63,697 bases of DNA, filler included, from Theionarchaea archaeon (GCA_018992565.1; 3 parts of 3 records of this genome joined end to end with filler, not necessarily neighbours in it), one strand, 5' to 3'. Shown: positions 9,041 through 19,481, counted from the whole stretch's first letter. Program-made: numbers and translations. The notes: a model not told the origin generated them from the sequence alone.

Positions 9041-9799
9041 CTAATACGCGAAGTTTATATACTTTTGCGTGGCAATCCCCTTGTAATCCACCAGAATCCC
9101 CACTTCCCAGTGGAGTTTGTCGTTGGTAAAGGTGAATCCCTTGAAGGTTAAATTCATTTTCACCAGGAATCCTTCATCCGTTTCAGTCACTGAAACGATT
9201 TCTTCCTCTACTCTCTCGGCGGAGGATGTATTGTCAACGGAAAACGTATATACATAGTACTTACCGTTCTTGAAGTCCCACTCCCGGTGAGGAATAGTCA
9301 TTCCCTGGATATTTGCAGCCACCCAGTTCAGAGCAATCTGTTCAGCATCTTCAGCGGTGATTTGAAGCTGCTGCATCTCTTCCTGCGTATTCTTGATACT
9401 GGTGACTTCTTCCTGTGTCTTTTCGATTTCGGCCCTGTTCTCAGCTGTTTCCTGCTCGAGTTGTGATGTTTTTTCTTCCAATCCTGTAATTCTTCTTCCC
9501 AGAGCTTCAACTTTTTCAGAGAGAACAGCAAAGCTCGACTGCATACTCAGTGATAAGTCTGATATTTGTTGTGACATGCTGACGTCATTGACATAGCTGT
9601 TGTAGGACAGATAGCCAAAGACTGCAGCGCAGGCCACCACGAGAGCAACCAGGACGTAGAGAGCTTTTCGAGTAGTCTTCTCTCTAGAGATGATCTCTTC
9701 GTCTGCATAATAGAGCCTTTCGTCTTTTGTCTTATGCGCTCTTGTGCTCTCGTTTCCGAATAACGGTATATCTTCCATGTATTTACAAGATGCAGCCAT
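9041..9799 (-). CDS. Membrane-anchored coiled-coil protein
   Basis: Single TM (ALYVLVALVVACAAVFGYL), heptad-rich middle, beta-rich C-terminus; start uncertain. Confidence 0.7.
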   Translation of the reverse strand: MAASCKYMEDIPLFGNESTRAHKTKDERLYYADEEIISREKTTRKALYVLVALVVACAAVFGYLSYNSYVNDVSMSQQISDLSLSMQSSFAVLSEKVEALGRRITGLEEKTSQLEQETAENRAEIEKTQEEVTSIKNTQEEMQQLQITAEDAEQIALNWVAANIQGMTIPHREWDFKNGKYYVYTFSVDNTSSAERVEEEIVSVTETDEGFLVKMNLTFKGFTFTNDKLHWEVGILVDYKGIATQKYINFAY

Positions 9800-9860
9800 C
9801 TATTTAAAGGTTTCCAGTGACGGAAAACGAGTAGATATTCGTCGAATGTCGATATTAGCA

Positions 9861-10124
9861 TTAATCTTCTATTCGTTCCAATTCAGTGAGAACCTGCCAG
9901 ATAATCGTTCTTGTATGCATGGGCATATTGGGATCATTTGATATTTCATCTAGTATCTCAGTGGCAGAATGGGCCCTTACCTTTTTTGATTGAGTTTGAT
10001 TTCTTAGGTGTTCTATGGCTTCCGAAGCCGCTTTCCTTATGTTTCTGGGTACCGAAGGGTCCTGCACTACAGATTCTTCCAGAGATTCGCAGATTTCCTT
10101 GATAATCTCTGCCATAAGCATCAC
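9861..10124 (-). CDS. UPF0147 family protein
   Basis: DPSVPRNIRKAA, LDEISNDPNMPMHTRTIIW. Confidence 0.92.
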   Translation of the reverse strand: MMLMAEIIKEICESLEESVVQDPSVPRNIRKAASEAIEHLRNQTQSKKVRAHSATEILDEISNDPNMPMHTRTIIWQVLTELERIED

Positions 10125-10445
10125 CTGAGAGGCTTTAAACCAATGAGCTAAAAAGCTTTTCGGTCAGGACCACATAGTATCATCTGTGTTCAGCGTCCCT
10201 TGGTTGGGCTGAATTCCTATTTCTGCTGTAATGTATCCATCGTGCATCGAATGTGCAATTGCGTTGAGGTTCAGCATCTATCGGAAGATTGGACTGCATA
10301 TTTGCAATGCCAGTGTCGGGGAGGGCACGCATACCTTTTCATACGTTATAAGCCGGGATTCTTTGCTGCTCTTGTGAGCCATACTGCGAGCAGGGCACGT
10401 GGAATACAGAGGAAAGAGTTATAATTGAAAAGAGAATTCCACATC

Positions 10446-11330
10446 ATGATCAAGGTAGACCTCGATTCAGTTGCAGAGACTATCGTGACTCAATGTATGA
10501 GGGTCAAGCCGGGAGAAGTCATCTGGGTTGCGGGGGGGTTGTTCTGCTTTGAATTCATGGAAGACCTGGCTGTAGCTATCTCCAGACAGAACGCCCATTT
10601 TGTACTCACTCCTTATACTGACCGACTGAGCAAGAGACTGCTCTTAGAACCCGACATTGACTTTCTGGAACATCCTCCCAGGTCTTCAATGGAACTGGCT
10701 CGATTCGTAGACGGTCAAATCTTTCTTGACAGGACGGAAGACCCAAGAATTTTCCAATCAATACCAGAGGAGAGAATTGGAGCTCAGAGGAAATCTCGNN
10801 NNNNNNNNNNNNNNNNNNNNNNNNNNNNNNNNNNNNNNNNNNNNNNNNNNNNNNNNNNNNNNNNNNNNNNNNNNNNNNNNNNNNNNNNNNNNNNNNNNAA
10901 TAATTTGCCTGCGGGAGAAGTGTTCTGTGCCCCCATAGAATCATCTGCTCAGGGGCGAGCGTATTTTGATGTTGCCTTCTACAAGGGAGAAAAAATCAGG
11001 GGGATCGATTGTGTCTTCAAGGATGGGAAAGTGGTCTCCGTAGCCTGCGAGAAAAATGAGGATTTGTTCAAAGACGTTCTCTCTCATTCTCACGGCCAGA
11101 AAGATGTCATCGGGGAGCTCGGCATTGGGTTGAATCCAGAGGTAACCCAACCCACAGGGTATGTGATAACTGATGAAAAGATTATTGGGACCATACACAT
11201 TGCTCTAGGGGAGAACAGGGAATTCGGAGGGAAGAATGAATCAAGCCTTCACTGGGATCTCGTCATGATGCATCCCACAGTTAAAGTCGATGGAACGATC
11301 ATCATGGAAGACGGAGACCTCGTCCAGTGA
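10446..11330 (+). CDS. M29 family aminopeptidase (interrupted by assembly gap 10799-10898)
   Basis: NLPAGEVFCAP, IGELGIGLN, DEKIIGTIHIALG, LHWDLV. Confidence 0.88.
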   Translation: MIKVDLDSVAETIVTQCMRVKPGEVIWVAGGLFCFEFMEDLAVAISRQNAHFVLTPYTDRLSKRLLLEPDIDFLEHPPRSSMELARFVDGQIFLDRTEDPRIFQSIPEERIGAQRKSXXXXXXXXXXXXXXXXXXXXXXXXXXXXXXXXXXNNLPAGEVFCAPIESSAQGRAYFDVAFYKGEKIRGIDCVFKDGKVVSVACEKNEDLFKDVLSHSHGQKDVIGELGIGLNPEVTQPTGYVITDEKIIGTIHIALGENREFGGKNESSLHWDLVMMHPTVKVDGTIIMEDGDLVQ

Positions 11331-11344
11331 TCCGGACCAGTGAA

Positions 11345-11378
11345 TTCGAAACTCGGTGGATAAATTAGGAGATTCCAT
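11345..11378. repeat. Dispersed repeat locus 2 (arm A reversed) plus TAGGAGATTCCAT motif
   Basis: TTCGAAACTCGGTGGATAA 11345-11363; TAGGAGATTCCAT 11366-11378. Confidence 0.8.
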
Positions 11379-11463
11379 GAACAATAGTTCTGGGCTACTG
11401 GGGTTGATTCCAGAGCCAAAGAGGCAAACCTTTTAAGCCCTCAAAACGAAACATTTCTGCCAA

Positions 11464-11536
11464 AGCCGGGTAGGGTAGGGGACAATCCTGTGGGGCTTTG
11501 GACCCCGCGACCCCGGTTCGAAGCCGGGCCCGGCTA
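11464..11536 (+). tRNA. tRNA-Gln (TTG)
   Basis: Acceptor AGCCGGG/CCCGGCT, anticodon arm TGGGG-CTTTGGA-CCCCG, T arm CCCGG-TTCGAAG-CCGGG; TATA-like CCTTTTAAG ~30 nt upstream; CCA not encoded. Confidence 0.93.
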
Positions 11537-11584
11537 CTATTCTATGCGGCAAACCTATTTAAGAGAGAGAAAATCCTCTCAGCC

Positions 11585-12442
11585 ATGGCTGCAGCATTCA
11601 TTCACTACTTCCTGGGTGTAGGAATAGCATACCTCTGTGGGTTTGAGGGGCTGGAAGCTCTATTGGTGGGGCTCCTGGGAGCTATACAGGACATAGATTT
11701 CGTATTGATCTTCTTTCAGATCCGCAGAAGATCCCGTTCAAGAGTCTCCCAGCTGTTCACTCACCGGGGTATCACGCATACACTGGTATTTGCTCTTGGC
11801 GTGTCTGCAGCGGTGTTAGTTGTCAATCCAGTATTCTCCCTGGTTATTCTCATAGGGTTTGTACTGCATATATTCACCGATTATGTAACTGCCTGGGGTG
11901 TATCCCCATTTCTACCGTTTTCTGACAAGAGATATTCTCTTGGATTGATGACGATTTTCGATATTCCATTGACACTCCTGAGTCTGGCAGTGGGTGCATC
12001 TGGATTTGTTTCTGTCAATCCACTGGTGCCTTTTGCTGCCTTCTTTGGGTACATTGGGGTGCGGTACGTGTTGAGAATCAGACTTCCCTACCAGAATCTA
12101 GAACCCATGGGGAATTTCACCTATGTGTTCTGCACTTCTGGGTCTCACTATACTGTGGGGAAGGTGGACATACTGGGAAGAACTCATACTATTGAGGTTC
12201 CCCAGATGAGCCCAGGAATGGATGCTGAGGTCATAGAGAAAATCAGTGCAAAGACTCAGGGAGGTATGATCTCTCATTTCATGGAGTATCCAGTGTACTC
12301 CCGAGAGAATGGGCATGTTACCATACGGGATGCCAGAAGCTACTTGTTTCCCAGGTCTTCCAGGTTATTCACCCTGTACTACGATGAGGGACAAGACAGA
12401 CTGTACATGATGACTGCAGGAAGGAAAATTCCAGTCTCCTGA
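11585..12442 (+). CDS. Membrane-bound metal-dependent hydrolase (YdjM-like)
   Basis: IH, QDID, THRGITHT, LHIFTD, GV.PFLPFS, several TMs; start moved past the tRNA. Confidence 0.85.
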   Translation: MAAAFIHYFLGVGIAYLCGFEGLEALLVGLLGAIQDIDFVLIFFQIRRRSRSRVSQLFTHRGITHTLVFALGVSAAVLVVNPVFSLVILIGFVLHIFTDYVTAWGVSPFLPFSDKRYSLGLMTIFDIPLTLLSLAVGASGFVSVNPLVPFAAFFGYIGVRYVLRIRLPYQNLEPMGNFTYVFCTSGSHYTVGKVDILGRTHTIEVPQMSPGMDAEVIEKISAKTQGGMISHFMEYPVYSRENGHVTIRDARSYLFPRSSRLFTLYYDEGQDRLYMMTAGRKIPVS

Positions 12443-12450
12443 TTGGCATT

Positions 12451-13008
12451 TTGTCTGACAGTGAAAAAGTGTTTAAGTGCCAGATGTTACACGTGATGAT
12501 GAAAGAAGTGCTGGTCCCCTTTGAGGATCATCGGTTTGGATGCGCCATGTGTGGCGAATGTTGCTGTTCCAGGAACATTCCCCTCACTTTGGAAGACATA
12601 AAAAGGATTTCCAAGTATAAAGATCCCAAGGATTTTGTTGTGATATTTGGGGAGAGGAAGCTGGTTCTGGACAGGAGAGAATGGGATTCGGGCTGCGTTT
12701 TTCTGAGAGACGGCAAGTGTACTATCCAGGAAGATAAACCGCTGGTATGTCGCCTATTTCCTATTTGTGTTTCAGATTATCCTTTAACTGAAGAGGAGGG
12801 AAGAAAGATAGAGCTTGAAGATGGGACGAGCGCCTTTGTGTATGTGGATACCTCGTGCAAAGGGGTTGGAAGGGGGAAAAGTGTTGATCTCAATGATATC
12901 AGGAGAAAGGCATTGATACTGCGGAATGAGGTGTTTGTCACTGATCTGGAGGGTCTCATTGGGTGGTATCTGGATTATGAGGAACCGGAAGAAAAAGAGG
13001 AGGGGTAG
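12451..13008 (+). CDS. YkgJ-family cysteine cluster (CxxCxxCC) protein
   Basis: FGCAMCGECC, CVFL..GKCTIQEDKPLVCRLFP; true start probably slightly downstream. Confidence 0.88.
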   Translation: MSDSEKVFKCQMLHVMMKEVLVPFEDHRFGCAMCGECCCSRNIPLTLEDIKRISKYKDPKDFVVIFGERKLVLDRREWDSGCVFLRDGKCTIQEDKPLVCRLFPICVSDYPLTEEEGRKIELEDGTSAFVYVDTSCKGVGRGKSVDLNDIRRKALILRNEVFVTDLEGLIGWYLDYEEPEEKEEG

Positions 13009-13071
13009 GTGAGAAGAATAGACAGAGGGTGGAAGAGGAAAGGGAAAGGAAAAAGGGGCATACAAGGGAGA

Positions 13072-13554
13072 ATGAGGACTATTAGTAGTGAAGAACGGAT
13101 CATTATTGAGAGTTTTTTGATACAACTACAGGTGGATTCCAAAGTGTTGGATGGAGTCTTGGTGAATATAGGAAAAAGGATTTTTTTGGTTAGAAAAGAT
13201 GTTTTGAAGACAGCCCGTGAGATGGAAAAGAAAGGGGTGACACCATATTGTCTGGGCGTGGAGATAGGAATCATAGGCGAGGAATTCGAGCCTTCTGTGG
13301 AAATTGCAGGACTGATTTCTGAGTACACGAATACAAAGACTGTTATTTCTGAGGAAGGGGAGAAGCTGTTCAGTTACGGGAGAGATGTTTTTCTGAATAA
13401 TATTATGAAAGGCGAGGAAGGTGGCTTACGCGTTGTAGTAAATGAACGGGGAGAGGTTCTGGGGCTTGGAAGGTTTGAGGGGGATATGCTGGAAAATGTG
13501 GTGGACAAAGGTTTTTATTTGAGGGGGAAGAGGGGAAAGCACACTAGAAAGTGA
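13072..13554 (+). CDS. NIP7-like PUA-domain ribosome biogenesis protein
   Basis: PYCLGVEIG, GEKLFSYGRDVF, VVVNERGEVLGLG, VDKGFYLR. Confidence 0.8.
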   Translation: MRTISSEERIIIESFLIQLQVDSKVLDGVLVNIGKRIFLVRKDVLKTAREMEKKGVTPYCLGVEIGIIGEEFEPSVEIAGLISEYTNTKTVISEEGEKLFSYGRDVFLNNIMKGEEGGLRVVVNERGEVLGLGRFEGDMLENVVDKGFYLRGKRGKHTRK

Positions 13555-14126
13555 AAGGAAGTGATATAGTGAACGTCGTATATTTTGATCAGATAGGAAG
13601 AGATAATACTGAGAAATGTATTGATCTAGCACTGAAGAGAGCTGGGGAGCTCGGTATTGAACATGTGGTCGTCGCATCTACCACGGGGTTTACGATTGAA
13701 AGGGTGGTGGAGATGACCCCTGGAATGAACGTGGTGGGTGTGACTCATTCTATGGGGTTCAAGAAGGAAGGAGGAGATGAGTTCGAAGGTGACAGGGAGA
13801 ACCTGAAGAAGAAAGGTGTCAGGATTCTGACTACTACACACTTGATGTCTGGGCTGAACAGAGGCGTGCGGAGCAGATATGGATCCGGGACTTTTTCTGA
13901 TGTGGTTGCTGATACGTTACGGATGTTTTCCCAAGGGATGAAGGTATGTGTTGAAATTGCTGTTATGGCATTGGATTCTGGATTGATACCTGCAGGAAAG
14001 GAGGTTGTGGTCATTGGGGGAACAGGACGAGGAGCTGATACTGCAGTGGTTGTGATGCCTGCTCATTCCCAGAACTTCTTTGACACGAGAGTTCTGGAGG
14101 TTATATGTAAGCCACGAGAAGGATAA
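13551..14126 (+). CDS. Pyruvate kinase C-terminal (alpha/beta) domain protein, MTH1675-like
   Basis: YF..G..NT, VVASTTG.T, FSQGMKVCVEIAVMALDSG, GGTGRGADTA. Confidence 0.88.
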   Translation: MKGSDIVNVVYFDQIGRDNTEKCIDLALKRAGELGIEHVVVASTTGFTIERVVEMTPGMNVVGVTHSMGFKKEGGDEFEGDRENLKKKGVRILTTTHLMSGLNRGVRSRYGSGTFSDVVADTLRMFSQGMKVCVEIAVMALDSGLIPAGKEVVVIGGTGRGADTAVVVMPAHSQNFFDTRVLEVICKPREG

Positions 14127-14182
14127 GATCTGAAGGTTAGGAGCATTCCACAAGAGAGGTTAGTCTGCAGCCAATCCATACT

Positions 14183-15907
14183 TCAGGAACGCCCTTCGTC
14201 GAACCCCGCATGAGCCATTCTCACTGTCCTCAACCGATTCATGGCTGCAGCAAGCTCAAGTCTTCTGAATACTGCGTAATCTCCCACTGGCCGAGGACTC
14301 AGCACATCCAGATTTCCCTTTATATCTTCACAAACAGCATCAGCAACCTCGCGCAATGTCTTTTCCCCATCCATATACCGGGTGGCATAGTAAATTGCGT
14401 CACCAATAGCTCTCGTTTGACTTACATCCACCAACTGCTCCACATTCTCAAGATCAATCTCATTGGTCCCAAATACAATAGTGTCAACACCTCTGACAGA
14501 TATCTTAACCCTTCTTTTCCCTTTGCTGGCGTCAAAACTGTCTCTAACAGGTATCCTTTCCGTGATATCCCCAAACCTCTGGCCACCCTCATGTATCCGT
14601 TCAGCCTTATACTTATCCACAATCTCTCTCGCCCTTTTCGTCACATCCTGTGGCACATACTCAACCATGCATATCACTGTGTCTGCCACATCAAAATAAT
14701 CTCCAGATCCCCCAATCACCAGCACAGTCGACACACCACAATCCTCATACAACTGCCTCACCTTATCAATGAACGGCGTAATTGGTTCATTGTCTTTGGA
14801 TACCAGTTCCTGCATTCTATGGTCCCGGATCATAAAATTGGTGGCTGATGTATCCTCATCAATTACCAGGACTCTGGCCCCCACTTCCAATGCTTCCATG
14901 ATATTAGCTGCCTGGGATGTACTGCCAGACGCATTCTCTGTAGAAAACGCTTTTGTACTCTGCCCAAAGGGTAAGTCACTGATAAACGGGGAAATATCCA
15001 CGTTTTCAATACGTCGCCCGTCCTCTGCCCGAATCTTGACAGTATCAGAATTGGAAACCACAAATTCTCTCCCGTCTCCAGGAATGTGGTTATACACCCC
15101 CAGTTCTATAGCATTCAGTAATGTGGACTTTCCATGGTACCCCCCTCCCACAACCAGGGTGACCCCTTCAGGGACTCCCATCCCGGCGATTATACCATTA
15201 TTAGGTAACTCAACCTCTCTTCTCAAGGAATCTGGAGAATTGAAAGGAACCACCTTCTCCATCAAAGGTCGTGAGTCTACCCCACTCACCCGGGGAAGAA
15301 CAGAACCATCAGCTACAAAAGCCACCAGCCCCATTGAAGGAAGTGCACGCCTGAGAAAATCCGCATCCTCCACAGTGTGAAGATGCTCATACAGCCTCTT
15401 CGCATCCAAAGCCTCAAAATGCACAGCATGCACTATTCCAGGAAGTTCCTCAAAGAACATAGCATGACAATGGGTTCCTGCAATCCTCCTCCCAAATGCA
15501 GGCAGTCCTATAACAAAGCGCATTTCCACATACTCAGCAGTGATGAGAGCAGAAGTCCGTTCAAGCACTTCCTGACCAGGTCTATCAATAGATATAATCC
15601 CACTCTTACCTGTTCCACGTCTTCCTCTGCACATGCTTCTGGAAGCTGCATAAAATGCGCGGGTTATATAGTCCCTTGCTGCCACTTCCCTGCTTTTCGT
15701 ATTGTACGTATCATCGGGGAATCTGGCCACATCCTGGGGTATTCGTACCCTAATCCTGCTGGGAGATGCAAAAGGGTCTCCCTGAACGTAATCTATCAGG
15801 AGAATATATGTTGAGAAGTCATATGCACCCTGTATGCTCTTATAAGCTCTATATCCTCTTCCATCAATTCCCTGCAGGCCTTTCTTGAGATCTTGAGCAG
15901 ATTTCAT
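14183..15907 (-). CDS. Predicted ABC-class ATPase (COG3044-like)
   Basis: VQGDPFASPS, GGGYHGKST, ASGSTSQAA, IDEDTSATNFMIRD. Confidence 0.9.
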   Translation of the reverse strand: MKSAQDLKKGLQGIDGRGYRAYKSIQGAYDFSTYILLIDYVQGDPFASPSRIRVRIPQDVARFPDDTYNTKSREVAARDYITRAFYAASRSMCRGRRGTGKSGIISIDRPGQEVLERTSALITAEYVEMRFVIGLPAFGRRIAGTHCHAMFFEELPGIVHAVHFEALDAKRLYEHLHTVEDADFLRRALPSMGLVAFVADGSVLPRVSGVDSRPLMEKVVPFNSPDSLRREVELPNNGIIAGMGVPEGVTLVVGGGYHGKSTLLNAIELGVYNHIPGDGREFVVSNSDTVKIRAEDGRRIENVDISPFISDLPFGQSTKAFSTENASGSTSQAANIMEALEVGARVLVIDEDTSATNFMIRDHRMQELVSKDNEPITPFIDKVRQLYEDCGVSTVLVIGGSGDYFDVADTVICMVEYVPQDVTKRAREIVDKYKAERIHEGGQRFGDITERIPVRDSFDASKGKRRVKISVRGVDTIVFGTNEIDLENVEQLVDVSQTRAIGDAIYYATRYMDGEKTLREVADAVCEDIKGNLDVLSPRPVGDYAVFRRLELAAAMNRLRTVRMAHAGFDEGRS

Positions 15908-15941
15908 AGAATTTCTCCCGCGTGTCGATCCCTGACATCAG

Positions 15942-16364
15942 TTATAACCTCTTCCCCAGGCTGATCACAGCGTCCTCCGAGTATCCACATGCTTTGTAGA
16001 ACTGTATTACTGATGTATTACTCTTCCGCACCTGAAGATTTATTTTGGGGCATCCTGCTTCTCCTAGGACTGATTCTGCCTTTTCCATCATGTACCGTCC
16101 ATATCCTCTTCTCTGAAAACTGGGGAGAACAGCTAAATAATTGATCCACCCTCGGTGCCCTTCATATCCCACCATCATGCTGGATATGAGTCTTCCATCA
16201 AGAATGCCCACAAAGAACCACTGGGGCTGGAATTGAGCCTTTTTTTCAATATCTCTTCGGGGATCATTCTGGGGGACAATCAACCCACATTCATCCCACA
16301 ATCTGATGACATCTTCTTCATCTGAAGGGTGGTATTTCCTAATGACAAATTGTGCATGGGTCAT
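15942..16364 (-). CDS. GNAT acetyltransferase (YpeA-like)
   Basis: GYEGHRGWINYLAV..FQRRGYG, CPKINLQVR..N..FY. Confidence 0.9.
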   Translation of the reverse strand: MTHAQFVIRKYHPSDEEDVIRLWDECGLIVPQNDPRRDIEKKAQFQPQWFFVGILDGRLISSMMVGYEGHRGWINYLAVLPSFQRRGYGRYMMEKAESVLGEAGCPKINLQVRKSNTSVIQFYKACGYSEDAVISLGKRL

Positions 16365-16521
16365 CTGAAACCTCGTGTCAGTGAATTCCTTCTTTCAATA
16401 AAAACTAACCTCATGAAGATTACGTAGATGTCAGAAGCTGGCATACGACAACAGCTGTGGACAGCGCGCCACAATCATATCTGCAACCTAACCTCATGAG
16501 GAACAGGACAGTAAACCATAT

Positions 16522-17556
16522 ATGATCTCAGAGAGCAACATCGCCATGGAAACAGATCTCTATATTACGGTGCCTGATGCACCCTCCATTCTTGGGTTGA
16601 CCTTCAGGCATTTTTCGGGGAAAGAAGACTATCTGGCAATGGTCAACGTTCTTAATGGAAGTAAAGAGGAAGACCAGCTTGAATTCTCCATATCTGTTGA
16701 GGATATTGCCAACGAATTCGATCATCTCTACAATTTTGATCCCAGTACTGATATGCTCTTTGTGGAAATGAATGGCAGCGTCATCGGGTATGGCGAGGTC
16801 TGGTGGGAAGATCTAGAGGACGAATGTGTTTGTCCTCATGTAACATATCTGCTGCCAGAATGGCGGGGAAAGGGGATACGTAGAGCTATGCTGCACCATA
16901 ATGAACAGAGAGGTCGCGAGATCCGACTGAGTCATCTGGCAGAGAAGCCCCATTTCTATCAAGCCTGGACCCAGGAGACAGAAACACACTGGATATCACT
17001 TCTGGAGAGCGAGGGCTACAGGCCTGTGAGGTACGGATTTCGTATGGCTCGTTCTCTTTCAAAGCCAATTTCGGATATACCTCTTCCGGAAGGAATCGAA
17101 GTCCGCCCTGCGCACCCTGACCAGTACTGGACCATATGGAGAGCTGCATGCCAGTCTCTAAGAGAACTCTGGCAGGGTTCTCGATTTCGTGATGAGATGT
17201 TTGAAGAATGGATGGGAGATTCCACCTTTAATCCTGCCTTGTGGATAGTGGCATGGGACACCAATGACCGAGTAGCTGGTACAGTGTTGAACTTCATCAA
17301 CGAGGCAGAGAACAGAGAATATCACTGCAAGAGGGGACATGTGGAGTTTGTAACAGTAGCGCAGCCCCACAGGGGGAAAGGATTGGCAAAAGCATTGATT
17401 GCCCTCAGTCTCAGCCGGCTCAGGCAAGAAGGGATGGCTGAAGCAGTCCTGGGAGTGGACGCCAAGAATCCCAGTGGGGCACTTCATCTCTACGAACACA
17501 TGGGGTTCAATCCTGTAAAACGAAGAGCCACTTACCAGAAATCCATGGATAAGTAG
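16522..17556 (+). CDS. Tandem-domain GNAT acetyltransferase
   Basis: Two acetyl-CoA motifs (PEWRGKGI, PHRGKGLA), LGVDAKNPSGALHLYE. Confidence 0.87.
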   Translation: MISESNIAMETDLYITVPDAPSILGLTFRHFSGKEDYLAMVNVLNGSKEEDQLEFSISVEDIANEFDHLYNFDPSTDMLFVEMNGSVIGYGEVWWEDLEDECVCPHVTYLLPEWRGKGIRRAMLHHNEQRGREIRLSHLAEKPHFYQAWTQETETHWISLLESEGYRPVRYGFRMARSLSKPISDIPLPEGIEVRPAHPDQYWTIWRAACQSLRELWQGSRFRDEMFEEWMGDSTFNPALWIVAWDTNDRVAGTVLNFINEAENREYHCKRGHVEFVTVAQPHRGKGLAKALIALSLSRLRQEGMAEAVLGVDAKNPSGALHLYEHMGFNPVKRRATYQKSMDK

Positions 17557-18004
17557 TACCGGGTATGGATTTGTCAGTTCTGTTCATGATCTGCGGTCGA
17601 CCTGTTTCACCCCAATTCTCTGAGGCAGGTGCAGGTGCACAGATCTTCCGCTCCAGGTACATGCAACCCTCTGGGAATTCTCTCATGACTGCATTCCGTC
17701 TCTGGCAGCGTGAAAAAGTATGTGACTACTCAATATTTTGTCCCAATTCCGTGATGCTCTACTGAAATGAAGTTTTTTATTCAGAATTAGCCCTAACTGC
17801 GATGTTCTTCGTTACCTTGTAGTCTATCTCACTCAAGCGCCTGATGTTCCCAGAAGAAAGGTTTTTATGTTCTGAAATCATAATGATATGCAGATGGGAT
17901 GCAAAGCCTGTTAGAAATGCAGAGCTTCTCAAGTTCCTGATAGTGTGAGTTGTACAAAGGCTGCATCCACATGTAGAGACACTTGTATGAGAGGAGGTGA
18001 TAGT

Positions 18005-18661
18005 ATTCCAGAAAATGAGAATTCATTGATGTCATTCTTGAGAAATCTGGCGCAGAGAATAAGTGGAAAAGAATCGGAAAAACCAGGGCACCCTGACCAT
18101 CCTGACCATCCTGACCATCCAGACCATCCAGAACACCCAGGACATCCAGACCATCCTAAGAAGGAGAAGAAAGAGAAGAAGCCCAAAAAAGAGAAGAAAC
18201 CTAAGAAGGAGAAGAAAGAGAAGAAACCAGGGGAGGAAGGAGAACCAGGAGAGGAGGAAGGAGAGCCAGAAGGGGAAGAAGGAGAGCCAGGAGAAGGAAG
18301 AAAGGAGACTCTTACAGGAATCCGCTCAGCTTTTATCGTCACTGAAGAGAATGTAATCGACCTCTACGTTCACGTTGAGAATGACGCCTACTCCAATGTA
18401 ATCTATGACATAGAAGTCTTCCCAAGAGTGCAGACACCCCCTTGGAAAAGCGTTGAAGGCCGTGAAGCACCAAAAGACTGGCGCTTCGAGAAAGTAGACA
18501 AAGGAGTGAAGTTCTATACAAAAACAGCTCCGCTGCTCACGTGCCAGCGCACCAAGTTTAAATTCAGAGTCCAGGCAGAGGAAATATCAGACCGAATAAG
18601 ACTGCATGCCACAGATATTGACCACAATAATCTGGGGATAATAGTCAGCACCAGGTGGTGA
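18005..18661 (+). CDS. Hypothetical protein with His-Pro, Lys-rich and Glu-rich blocks plus C-terminal beta domain; probable ATT start
   Basis: GGAGGTGA 17993-18000 lies 4 nt before in-frame ATT; (HPx)8-(KKEKKP)n-(EEGEPG)n. Confidence 0.7.
   Translation: MPENENSLMSFLRNLAQRISGKESEKPGHPDHPDHPDHPDHPEHPGHPDHPKKEKKEKKPKKEKKPKKEKKEKKPGEEGEPGEEEGEPEGEEGEPGEGRKETLTGIRSAFIVTEENVIDLYVHVENDAYSNVIYDIEVFPRVQTPPWKSVEGREAPKDWRFEKVDKGVKFYTKTAPLLTCQRTKFKFRVQAEEISDRIRLHATDIDHNNLGIIVSTRW
18089..18300 (+). repeat. Coding tandem repeats HPD / KKEKK / EEGEP
   Basis: CCTGACCAT-type 9-mers followed by purine-rich AAG/GAG repeats. Confidence 0.85.
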
Positions 18662-18745
18662 GAATGGCTCTTCCCAAAGAAGAAAGGAAAAACTGGGAAT
18701 TCCAGGAGGGCAAATCTTTATAGTACCTCCATCGACTGGAATTCC

Positions 18746-19309
18746 ATGGATGTGGCAGAATCACTGTATGTCACTACTCGCAGTGAGTGGCGTTCATGGC
18801 TGGAGGCAAACCACACTACTCAGAATGAAATCTGGCTAGTCTTCTACAAGAAGCATACGGGTAACCCCACCATCTCTTATAATGATGCAGTTGAGGAAGC
18901 CATATGCTTCGGATGGATAGACAGTATCATAAAAAGAATTGATGACGAGAAATTCGTCAGGAAATTTACTCCACGTCGGGACACACGCAGGTGGTCTTCT
19001 TCGAACATTGACAGAATAAAGAAGATGATCAACCAGGGAAAAATGACAGAAGCTGGACTGCAGAAAATCGATGAATTGTCCCTTGAAAGAGGACCTGAGC
19101 CCAGAAAGGAATTTACCATCCCGACTCATGTCGAAGAAGCTCTGAAAGCTCATCCTGAGGCATGGAACAACTTCGTCGCTCTTGCTCCAGGATACAGGCG
19201 GCAGTACCTCGGTTGGGTAGTCTCTGCAAAGAAAGAGGAAACTCAGAAGAGAAGACTTGCTGAACTCATAACTGTCCTAGAGAATAATGAGAAGCTGGGA
19301 ATGAAGTAG
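18746..19309 (+). CDS. YdeI/OmpD-associated family protein
   Basis: EWRSWLE.NH, AVEEAICFGWIDS, FTPRR..WS..N, AKKEETQKRR. Confidence 0.9.
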   Translation: MDVAESLYVTTRSEWRSWLEANHTTQNEIWLVFYKKHTGNPTISYNDAVEEAICFGWIDSIIKRIDDEKFVRKFTPRRDTRRWSSSNIDRIKKMINQGKMTEAGLQKIDELSLERGPEPRKEFTIPTHVEEALKAHPEAWNNFVALAPGYRRQYLGWVVSAKKEETQKRRLAELITVLENNEKLGMK

Positions 19310-19481
19310 GCGACCACAGATCACTTCTTTCTTATCTCACGTATCTCTCATGTGCATGACAAATCCAAATCTGCCCTGTCACTGGAATAATGAGTACAAA
19401 TGCAGTGGTACATTGCCAGCATGAAACCATGCAGATCTCTCCTGTCCATTCTAGACAGGCTTCTCATGGAATGCAACCCTT

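Noticed and set aside
10130..10420. Long intergenic region as a possible ncRNA
   Set aside because: No convincing stem structure or recognisable RNA family by eye; a covariance-model search would be needed
11498..11584. N-terminal extension of the hydrolase ORF
   Set aside because: Overlaps tRNA-Gln; ATG 11585 follows its own TATA-like box
17929..18342. Minus-strand ORF with SGWSGW/FFSF repeats as a RiPP precursor
   Set aside because: Antisense shadow of the repeat-coding plus-strand gene
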